A DNA stretch of 64,000 bases from assembly GCA_013239625.1 (NCBI GenBank), contig MU053347.1, forward strand, positions 2,734 to 66,733. Direction: 5' to 3'. Numbering within the stretch: position 1 is the stretch's first letter; the number at the start of each line of letters is the position of its first letter. Position numbers and translations under genes: made by a program. The notes under the pieces are model-generated. The model saw only the letters and a program-made list of their open reading frames with translations, was not told the DNA's origin and ran no database searches. Positions 54,062-64,000 of the stretch are shown here, piece by piece. This DNA comes from Lama guanicoe. Its lineage: Eukaryota.

Positions 54062-56504
54062 CTTTGGCGTTATTCTAAATCAATTTACAATTGAGGGTCA
54101 CAGTGTCCATCGTTTTATCCGCTCAGAAGATCCTGACTTCGGAGCGTGAAGCAGCAGCCCCTCCTCTCTGGAGACGGTCTTTGCCACTTACAGTCTCAGT
54201 AGAGCCAACATAACTGCTCTGGACCTTTGGAAGTGCAGTTCCAGAGCATACCTGGGAGCTCACTTCCTATATATCTAAACATCTTAATTGCAGGAGGTTT
54301 TAAGTTCCTGCCTTTACAAATATACATTCATTATAAGTGGGAAGGCCAGGTTCAAAATTAGAATTCCCAGACTCAGGGGAGTCCTGCAGAGAAAGTGAGC
54401 ATGCGGGGAGAGCTGATTCTCAGTCTCTGATCGCTAGCCTGACCCTTTTCTTCCCAATGCTGGGTCCATCCCTTGCCACAAGTGGCCTTGGATGTGCACA
54501 GGGGGACACTCAGAACTCACGTCCGGGATCTGCTCATACCCTCCATGCAAAGAGCTGCCCTTTGGCCTCTCTGTGAATCTTGGGAATCGGAACTCCGGGG
54601 AGAGCTGGTGCAGGCACTAGAAATGGGTCAGGGGCTGCTGAGTCAGGGCATTCGGGGTCCTGGGTTTCTAGAGCACGGGATGGAGCCAATGACCATGTCC
54701 CCTTGGCCCTGCTGACTCCACCCAATGGAGGGCGTGGCCAGAAGAAGTGTCAGGGCCAGGGGGACACTCTGCAGTGCAGGACCAGGGCAGCAGGCCCCCT
54801 TGCCGGGGTCTAAGGCGTGAAGCCCTAAGGAAAGGTCTGAGGAGGCTGTAAGGTATCCTCATTCCCATTAATTAAAAAAAAAAAAGCTTACCACAGGCGT
54901 GCGTGGGAAGGGTTTTGTTATAACAAGGGAAGGCACTTGCCAAGGTCTGGCCATAGAGGGCTGGTGGGATTGCCAGGTTGATGAGGAAGCGAGAGGCCGT
55001 TAGCCTCCCCTGGGTCTAAACACTGCCTGAATTCCTCCAGGTGACACTTAAATGCAGTGAGACATGGAACCCTCTCAAGTTGTTAAAATATTCATGGTGA
55101 GCCATTCATCTCTCTACTCATTCTTGGCTATGAAAGCACGATAAACACAGGTGGGAATCTCCTCAGCCTGTTGGTTGGTTCACTGTCCAGCTGGCGCCCC
55201 CTCTTGTAGGAGCCTTTATCACATCACCCAGGGCTGACCCATCTCATGACCCATCTTTACAGTTGATTTTCCGCAGGTGGCATCACTTGCTGGTGACACG
55301 AAGGAGGCATGTTAGCCACCTCCCAAACACTGAGGCTTCTCCTGGGAGGAGCCTGCAGACCCCCAGTCCAGCCTCTGCACAATGATGCTCCTCAATGTCA
55401 CTCCCAGCTTGCTGCTCTGGCCTCTAACTCTGGCCAGAGCCTCACTGGATTGTCGATAAATGTCACCCATGCACCACGTCTAAGCTTGGGGTCCAGATGT
55501 GACCATGGTTCTTATTTTCTTCCCATCGATGGATTTTTTGATCTTCGTGTAATCATGTCAGCAGGAAGGCCAGTACCGCCCTCTTGAGGCCTCCCTGAGA
55601 AGCCTCTATCTATAACTTTCCTAGCGCCCCAGGGAATCGGGTCTGAAGCCTGGCACTCAGAAACAATGACAGCTGGAGAGACAGGAATCGACTCCTACTG
55701 TGGCATCTGCTGAGGCTCAAAGTGGCCATAAAAATGGATCCCACAGGCCCTGACGTCACTTGACTCACTGCAGGGATGCTCCCACACTGCTGCGTTCCCC
55801 CCAGAGACCGAGGGCTTTCTGCTTGTTCCCGAAGGCCCCACCCCCGAGGGGGCACTTGGTCCAGTGGAGCGTCCAGCCTGCTTCCCCGCCAGCCCTTAGG
55901 GCTTTCGTGGGGCCTGGAACATCAACTACCCTCCCCTTAGCGGCCCGTTTGTCTTTCCAGCCAACAGACCTAGGTCATAAGCACTTTAACTCACCTGAGG
56001 GTGTTTTCCTCACTTCAGGGGCAGTGAGGACTGGGCTTCTTCACACTCCAAGTCCCCCCGGTCTGGATGCAGTCTGGCTTTACCCCCAGTCCTGCAGGTC
56101 CTGGCCACACCTGCTGCTGGTCACTGAGTCTGTGCTGTGTTCTCTTCCAGGACAAGAGGTGCACTCTGACCCCACCCTGCCCCACCAGCGGTGGCAGAGG
56201 CAGCAGACACCCAGATGAGCTGGGGCCTGAGACCGTGCCCGCAAATCAGTGCCCCAGCGGCCGCTGGTGACTAGAGGAAACACGGGGCAGAAGGCAGCAT
56301 GGGAAGGGAGGAGAAGGAAGGTTCAGGATAAGGAGATGAAAGGGGGAACGGATAGCACTGTGAGGACTTGGACCATAAAAGGGAAGAGAAAAGAGAGTGA
56401 CAGCTGGAGCGGTGTTGGTGTTAAAAGTTGCAGGCAATTTTTTTTAATTTTACTAATTACCAATATAATTGACAGATTTCTTATTTTATTAAAGATTATG
56501 TGCC

Positions 56505-56725
56505 ATGTCATATAACAGGATATAGTATGTTATTATTTATTAAATAACACATAATAGAAGATATACTAGCATTTTATGTTTATTTATTAGCAGATTATAT
56601 ATAATACATATGTAGGTGTTTATATACATAATATATAATTCATCCATCTATATAATATATAACCTATAACAATTAATGTAAGATTATGATTAATATATAA
56701 TATAACAAGATTACATAACAATAAT
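56505..56725. repeat. AT-rich low-complexity tract
   Basis: Degenerate (TA)n/TAA sequence. Confidence 0.8.
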
Positions 56726-57139
56726 GAAGTAGTTTTACCCATTGTATGTCTTGGTTCATGACAAATTCTCATCTTAGGTGCCTGTCAGAGGTATTTACAT
56801 ATTAAAATTAATATTATAAGACACAGTTATGAACATATCACCCAGCATCATAACAGGAATATTGACAGTGACATACTGTGTCCTCTTTCCCTATCCTGTC
56901 CTTGGCCTCTTCTCACAGGAAGTAACCAGCATCCTGAATCCTGGCTTACCTTTCTCTTGTGTTATTTTCACACACACAATATTTAAGATCAGTTAAAACT
57001 AATGAACTGCAGGTACATGCAACTAAATGGATGAATCACACACTCAATGTTAAATTGAAAAAGTAAGCCCTAGAAGGTAGCCTATAGTGTGCTATGCTTT
57101 TAACTGTGTATATATATGTCAACTAAACTCACTAAATTA

Positions 57140-58200
57140 AGAACAACTACAGCTAGAGTCCAGGTGGGAGAGAGACAGATAAAAGGTGAGGTGAGCAGAT
57201 TTGCTGCAGGTGAGAGAGATTCTTTCCAGTAACATGTCAGTCTCTCTGAAGTAGGAGGTAAGACCATCTGCTGGGAGTCGGGGAAGAGACAGAGGGAAGC
57301 TTAGAGGTGTGCAGAGAGCAGAGAATGTTGACACCACTGAGTGATAAGTGGGGAAATGTGCTCACTAGAGAAATCCTGGAGGATTGCTAGGCAGTGGCAA
57401 CATGGTGGGCATTGATTTGTAGTCTTAGAAATCTGTGCTGGGAGAGCCTGCTGCCTGCAGGCTCAGAACAAATAGAGCTGGGTGAACCGAGATGGAAGTC
57501 GTCCTGGTGAGGAACTGGAAAGATCAAGGGTCAAGGGGGTTTTGTTTGTCATAAAGAGAGTGCTGATTGTGGATGCAGAGCTGGAAGGTGGGGAAGTGGA
57601 AGTAAGAGGAACGTGGACTGGCAGAAAAGCAGAGGAGTCAGTGCTTGATGCCCAAGTGAGGGTGAAGGAGGGCCAGGGAGGCTGGTGGAGAAGCAGCTGG
57701 ACGGCTAGAGGTGGTCACTTAAAGGAGAGAGGCTGGAACCGGGGTGGAGACACGCCCGGGTATGAGCCCGGGGCTAGGGTGAATGGGCGGTTGCTGGCTC
57801 AGGCTGACGGAGAAGAAGACTGGGTGGTGGAGGGAGAATGAACTTTGAAGTCTTGCTGGTAGTAGGTGAGGCAATACAGAGCTGGTGGTCCAGGTGCTCC
57901 TGACTGAGGCAGAGGAGCAGGGAGGCCAGGGTGGCCAGCACTGCTAGGAAAGGATCTGGGTTTTCCAGGTGCTCCCAAGAGAGGAGGAGCAATGATCTGA
58001 AGGTGGAAAGTGAGCACAAGGAGGTCAATCCAGGCACCTGATCAAACAGGGGGCTGTGAGGGGGCAAAGCGTCAACTCCAGAGATGGTTACCCAGGAAGC
58101 AGGGACCATGGGTGAAGTGAGGGGACACTCAGAGAAGAGAGGGAGAAAAGTCTTCTGGATGTAGGGGGAAGAGAGGCCCCAGGACAAAGGAATACAGAGG
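57140..58200 (-). mobile_element. LINE-2 fragment
   Basis: Purine-rich diverged L2 ORF2 body (ttctctgaagtaggagg; ggatgtaggggga). Confidence 0.5.
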
Positions 58201-60029
58201 CACAGTGATGAGGATGGACTGGCTCTATGGTGACACTGCAGGGGTGGCTGGATCTTTGTTCTGAGGGCTTAGGTTGGGGGGACTACTGGCCTCATCAGGA
58301 CCCCCCTCTCAACAGCCTGGACAGAGGCTCTCGCTCCTGAGAGCTGTGTGGCCACCATCATTCCCGGAGGGGCTCTGCTTTCATCTTCTCTTATCAGACT
58401 TTCCTGCCCAGTCCCCGATCACCAGTGAGGGATCCTGGGCCTCGCAGCTGCTTCCCGTGGAGGGACACAGGCTCCTCAGAGAAGCAGGCTGATCTTACTT
58501 TTCTCCGTAACCCAAGGCCTAGCAAAGCGCCAGCCCATGTGTGGGCCTTGTGGGATCTCGAATACTTAGCAAACTAACTCAAAGCAGTAGAATAGCAGAG
58601 CTGGAGGAAGTGACCACTGAGCTCACAGAGTTCACTGCCCACACCCCTATTCTACAGATGAGGAATCAGAAACCAAGCGGTGAAGCAGCCTTGGCCAAGG
58701 TCACGCTGCTCTTAAATGCTGGCCTGTGTCAGGCATGCCAAGTGATGAGCTGCAGTGAAGGGGCTGAGAGGGGGCTCTGGGGCCAGACAGCTTGGGTTCA
58801 AGTCCCGGCTCTGCCATTTATTAGCCGTGTGATTAATGAATGTCCTTACCTTTAAAGTGGAATTCATAGTGGTGCCAACTCATTGAATTTTCATGAACAC
58901 AGCATTCCTGCAGTAGCAGGACAGAGTTCTGTAAGGGTTTGCTGTTGCTTTGTTTACAATTATTATCACCAAGTGAACCCTGAAATGAAGAACAAAGGCA
59001 GTAAGATTTTTTATTTTAAAGGATTTTAAAATCCTCTGATGAATGTTTCATTTCATTTATTCAAGTTTGCATTTGACCCTTATTAACAACTACACAATGG
59101 ATGACTTTTGAGGCAATCTTGCTTCATGTCTTTAATTATCACTAATGACACAGGCTATTTAACAGGCAGCAGTTTCTTTTCCAGGAAGAGGGACAAAAAG
59201 TTGAAAATGACTCAGTGCCTCTCGGTCCCCAGTGAGTTGGTTCTGACCTGTCAACCCAGCTGTGGGGAAGTGCCCGCTCCCCCTGGGCTCGCTGAGCTGC
59301 CCTGCAGCCACCAAGGGGCACTGTACCCCCACACAAATCCAGTCTCTTGGTTCCTATCTTTGCTTCAGATCCCTCAAGGACTGCCCATGACCTAGGGCCC
59401 CATCTGCCCCACAAACCTTGGCTGCTGGACTCCAGGACACTATCCTGGGTCTCAACCAACCTCTGTTCCTATGACCGCCCCACTACTCTACATTTTGTCC
59501 TTCAAGTGTGGGCTCCTGTGGCTCGCCACACAGCAGGGGTCTCCCCGTCATCTACCTTGGGTAACTGCATTGTCCTGCAAGGTGCCTAGCGAACCCGTGT
59601 GGAGGCAGGAAGAATACAGAACAACAAGTGCTCAGAGGGGCTGCATTTCCCACTGCAGGGGCCCTAGAGAGCTTTCTCCCAGCTGGTTATTCACAGGCGC
59701 TGAAGCTGTGGAATCTCGATCTCACCAATTTAAAGGAATCACTAATTAGCAATCACTTCTTCAGAAGCAAAAGGAGAAAAGACTTGTGTTCCCCACCTCC
59801 AACTTTTTTCCTCCACCTTCAGATGTTTCTCATCTCTGGGCAAAGGTAGAAAGCAACTCACAAAATATTTTTCAATGTTTTTTCCCACTCTGAAGATTGC
59901 TTTCCCAGAACCGATGAAGGCTACAATGGTTTAGCTTTCCTAGACTAAGTATTCAGAGGCCTGGGGGGGAGCGGGGAGGGGAGAGGTGAGATAACTCAGC
60001 AATTTTGAAACTAACAGAGACATTAAAGG

Positions 60030-61617
60030 TTCTATTCTAAACAGAAAGGAAGCAGGACACTATAGAAACAGGAAAACCATAGTTGGAAATGCAATAACGA
60101 GTTACAAGAGAATAAACATAAAGATGTAAAAATGAAAAAGGACATCAAAATAAAGGTGGGAATGGGAGAGGGGAGCAAGAAAATATAAATTTTTTTCTTT
60201 CTTTTTTTTCTTCATTATTCTTAGGATGTGTTGGAGCCTATGTGATTATCAGTCTAAAGGAAATAGATATAGTAATGGGTTGATATATTTGAAGAATAAG
60301 GTAACCACAAATCAAAAGCATACAATAGAGTCACAAAAAAACCAAAAAGAAACAAACTCAAAATGGCTTAAAGACTTAACTATTAGACAAGACACTATAA
60401 ACTTCTAACAAGAAAACATAGGCAAAACATTATTTGACAGACATCTCAGCAATGTTTTCCTAGGGCAATCTAAGCAACCCAAGCAACAGAAATAAAAGCC
60501 AAAATAAATAAATGAGACCTAATTAAACTTATAAACTTTCGCACAGCAATAGAAACCATAAGTAAAACAAAAAGACAACCTATGGAATGGGAGAAAATAT
60601 TTGCAAAAGATGAGACTGACCATGGCTTAATTTCTAGACTATATAAATAGTTCATACAACTTAATAAGAAAAAAATAAACAACCAAATCCAAAAATGGGC
60701 AGAACAACTAAACAAGCAATTCTCCAATGAAGACACACAAATGGCCAATAGGCATATAAAAAAATGCTCAATATCGCTCAATTATCAGAGAAATGCAGCT
60801 CAAAACTACAATGTTATCATCTCACACCAGTCAGAATGGCCGTCATTCAAAAGTCCACAAACCATAAATGCCGGAGAGGCTGTGGAGAAAAGGAAATCCT
60901 CCTACATTGTTGTTGGGAATATAGTTTGGTGCAGCCACTGTGGAAAAGAGTATGGAGATTCCTCAAAAGACAAAAAAAAAAAAAATCAACTTATCACCTA
61001 ATCCAGCAATCCCACTCCTAGGCATATACCCAGAGGGAACCTTAATTCCAAAAGATACCTGCACCCCAATGTTCACAGGAGCACTGTTTACAATGGCCAA
61101 GACATAGAAGCAACCTAAATGTCCACTGACAGATGACTGGATAAAGATGTGGTATTTAGATAAAACAGAATATTACTCAGTCATAACAAAGAAGGAAATG
61201 AGGCCATTTACAGCAACTTGGATGGAACTGGAGATTATCTCACAAAGTGAAATAAGTCAGACAAAGACAAGTATCATATGATATCATTCATATGTGGAAT
61301 ATTAAAAAAATGGTACAAATGAACTTATTTATGAAACAAAAACAGACTTACAGACTTATAAACCAAACTTAGGAGTTTGGGATCAACAGATACAAATTAG
61401 TATATGTAAAACAGACAAATGACAAGGATTCACTGTAGAAAACAGGGAACAATATTCAGTATCTTGCAACCCTTAATGGAAAAGAACCTGAAAAAGAATA
61501 GGCTATGTATATATACAACTGTATCACTATGTTGTATACCTGAAACTAATAAAACAGCTGTATATCTGAAACTAACAAAACATTGTAAATCAACCACATT
61601 TCAATTTAAAAAAAAAT
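60030..61617 (+). mobile_element. LINE-1 fragment, with the inter-ORF region joined directly to the ORF2 3' part and 3'UTR
   Basis: 60030-60350 resembles 19185-19510; from about 60350 it jumps to ORF2 C-terminal sequence (NSKWLKDLTIRQDTI) and continues to polyA near 61610. Confidence 0.88.
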
Positions 61618-62084
61618 TGATAAGCTCTAAATACCTTTATTCAAAGAAAATCTTGAACTCTTCCTTCTTACAAAACTTAAAATTGGTAGCTTGAGCAGGA
61701 CCAAATTATACTGGATGTGCAGTTATATATCTTCTCCAGCACGTGGCCCATGCTACACACATATCGTGTTTTCCTACAGGTAAGAACAGCCCTGAGTGCA
61801 CAGGGAGCGAGTCCTTCTGGGACAAGGTCTCTGTGGCAGTGGCCTCCTTGTCACTGCTCCATCTCACCAGGAGGCCAGTGTTTTCAGAAGTGAGGGGACA
61901 TAGAGCTCATTCACTTCAAATTGATTTCCAGAAAATACTATGAAAAAACCAAATTCAACTGCAGTGTGGGAAACATGAGCAGGGCCCCTAAGCAGAATGA
62001 CAAGCCCAAAGTAAGATGGCCCAATGTTCAGATCAGAACCAGAACAACGACCACCTGGCCCCAGTTAAATGACCACCACCTCAC

Positions 62085-62330
62085 CTGCAATAAACTGCTC
62101 GTACTCAATGTCAGGGATGTTTCTGTTGAGGTTTGAGAGGTCAAAGGAGTCGGACCAGGGAATCCAGACCTGGTTGATGTCAGGGCTCTGCCAGTGGTAG
62201 AGGTGGCCCCAAGGGGATAGCACCAGTACCGGCTCCTCCATCTTCAGCAGGGTCTTCAGGAGGAAGGCAATGTCAGACGTTCCTACGGAGGCTGATGCCC
62301 TCTGGAGGGTTCAAGTCACACAGAAGGTAC
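62085..62330 (-). pseudogene. POFUT2: POFUT2 exon 2 homologue (frameshifted)
   Basis: ccctgtcag acceptor and GTGAGG donor intact, 246 nt. [18 protein letters not shown] then a ~5-nt deletion, then [62 protein letters not shown], vs POFUT2 [66 protein letters not shown]. Confidence 0.96.
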
Positions 62331-62597
62331 CTGACAGGGAGCAAAGGAGAGCAGGTCTTCAGGGCCAGGCCTCTGCACAGGAATCCTGGCTTAGATAGAA
62401 CAGATACAACGGGAACCCCTGCACAGCCAATGGCCTAGACTCCAGACACATTCAGCAGCTTCTGGATTGTAAAGTGGAGGCACTGCCCACCCATCTCCAT
62501 GTGGCCAATTACTTCAAGTCCGGGAACAGTTGCGGAAGACATCTTGACGTATGTCTAACACCACTAAGCACCTGACTAGCACCTGAGCACCCTTTCT

Positions 62598-63070
62598 CCA
62601 GGGGCTCTCAAACTTCTTGTTCTACAGAACCCTATACACTCTTAACAATTACTGAGAACTCCAAAAGGCTGTTATTTATGTGAGTTAAATCTATCAATAT
62701 TTCCTGTGTTAGAAGTTGAATAAGAAGTTAGAAAAAGTGTATGAATTCACTTAAAAATATTAACAATCTACTGTATGTTACCATTAATACTCTTAAACAA
62801 AATATAATTCTATTTTTCAAAACAAAAATCATTAGTGAGAAGAATAGCAGTGATTTTAATTTCTGCAAATCTCTTTTGGACTGGTGAGAGCTGAATTCTC
62901 CTATGTGCCTCTGCATTCCCTGTATTGTGATATCACAGGCCAGGGTTTCCCTGGAAAACTCCACAGGAACTAGGGAGAGCAAGAGTGTGCAAAAGGCAGG
63001 TGACATCCCGACGTTTCTATGAAAATGGTCTTGCACCTCAGGGGCCTTGGATACACTTTGTTAACTGCTG
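62598..63070. mobile_element. hAT-Charlie-type DNA transposon remnant inside the POFUT2-like intron 1
   Basis: Termini caggggctctcaaactt ... cactttgttaactgctg; AT-rich interior typical of MER/Charlie elements. Confidence 0.6.
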
Positions 63071-63727
63071 CCCTATCCTAGGCGGGACTCTTCTACACAA
63101 GAGCCAGGCAAGGGTCCTGGATTCTGTAATGAGTTACCGCCGCCACCGCACCCCTCCCTTCTCTGTGTGTTTCTCACAACCTCCATTACTGCAGATGAGG
63201 ATGTAATCCTCAGCCAGGGCCTCTAATCCCAGAAGACTGCTAACTTCAAGAGAGAGGGTCCCATCTACCATCCCTACACCCCGCATAGTTTATTTTGAGT
63301 CAAGCCCTAGATAACTCCTTATCGGCACTGACCCTTGTCTTATTCCTGAGGTTGACTGAAGGAACCAACTTCTGGATGAGGATGGAACTTTCCCTGCAGA
63401 TAAACAAGGCTGATAAACCACCCCATTCCAACATCTGATTCTGGGGCTCTTCAAAACCCGGGTAAGGCCCCGCTTCATCTAAGAGGGGTCCTCCGCCTGC
63501 CCTTCCCGGGGGGTTCTGGGAGGCCGCGGCCACCAAGGTAGACCCAGAATCGTGGCCCCAGCCCCAGGGCCTGAGGGGGAGGAAAGCTTGGGGCTGTGCC
63601 CAAGCCCTGCCCCGCCCCGCCCCAACACGCTCACCGGCACCACAGCCCTCCCCAGCCACAACCCAAACCGCGATCCCACCCCGGTTCATGTCCACCGGCC
63701 CCGCCGACGGCGCGGACGTACGTTTAC

Positions 63728-63840
63728 CATCTGTGGGACTCCGCCCCAGACAGGATGTCAGCCGCCGACAGACCAGGCGAGAACTAGTCGCCCGGCCAAG
63801 CAAGCCGCCATCCCCAGCAGCAAGCACCGCATTGTCCCTG
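63728..63840 (-). pseudogene. POFUT2: POFUT2 exon 1 homologue (signal-peptide region decayed)
   Basis: [20 protein letters not shown] matches POFUT2 [21 protein letters not shown]. TAG at 63784-63786; the LLLG signal-peptide remnant is in a different frame; donor GTAAAC at 63727. Confidence 0.88.
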
Positions 63841-63911
63841 GCAGCTACACACTTCCGGAGCCCGCTCCCCGCCCCAGAAGCGCACCCAGGCCCGCGCGGC
63901 ACGCGGCGCCT

Positions 63912-63925
63912 GTAACCATGGCAAC
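63912..63925. promoter_or_regulatory. RFX X-box motif
   Basis: GTAACCATGGCAAC is a near-palindromic match to the RFX consensus GTNRCC-AT-RGYAAC, inside a CpG island. Confidence 0.7.
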
Positions 63926-64000
63926 GCCGCGGGGCCCTCCCCTAGCGCTTGCGTTGTTCGTCCTCCTGAGTCTAGATGTGCGAGGGCAGAACATGCAGAG

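Larger units (their letters stand above)
62085..63840 (-). pseudogene. POFUT2: Non-processed POFUT2 (protein O-fucosyltransferase 2) pseudogene fragment, exons 1-2 with intron 1
   Basis: Two exons separated by a 1397-nt GT-AG intron (62331-63727) match the POFUT2 N-terminus. Exon 3 and later were not found; an L1 fragment lies downstream. Confidence 0.93.
63450..63990. promoter_or_regulatory. CpG-island promoter of the POFUT2-derived copy
   Basis: High GC and CpG density. ETS/GABP site CACTTCCGG (63850-63858), GC boxes (63609-63623, 63867-63875), X-box GTAACCATGGCAAC (63912-63925). Confidence 0.8.

Noticed and set aside
53659..54094. His/Thr-rich ORFs
   Set aside because: Translation of a degenerate (CA)n repeat.
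63300..63902. 200-aa minus-strand ORF over the CpG island
   Set aside because: GTG start, not in the POFUT2 frame, reads through the exon-1 donor; GC-rich artefact.

Overview
Mammalian genomic DNA, probably camelid judging from the short tRNA-derived SINE family and the L1 type. It is repeat-rich, has several assembly gaps, and contains no intact protein-coding gene that I can see. The minus strand carries two intron-containing (non-processed) pseudogene fragments from genes that lie on different human chromosomes. The first is an ANO6/TMEM16F copy (about 677-32410) with homologues of exons 4, 5, 6, 7, 8, 11 and 12, disabled by stops, frameshifts and broken splice sites; exons 9-10 and 1-3 were not found. 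The second is a POFUT2 copy (62085-63840) with exons 1-2 only, whose CpG-island promoter (ETS, GC box, RFX X-box) still looks intact. Between them is an orphan CpG island (about 43.5-44.1 kb) with a minus-strand splice donor. It is flanked by a GC-rich ~160-bp repeat array with an internal inversion that forms two fold-backs, and by a C-rich CCCTCA-like tract. The best reading is a mosaic segmental-duplication block with potential for chimeric or non-coding transcription. The rest is L1 (old and lineage-specific, nested), L2, MIR, LTR, MER DNA transposons, SINEs and microsatellites. Gene and exon assignments come from my recall of the human proteins, not a database search; repeat boundaries are approximate.
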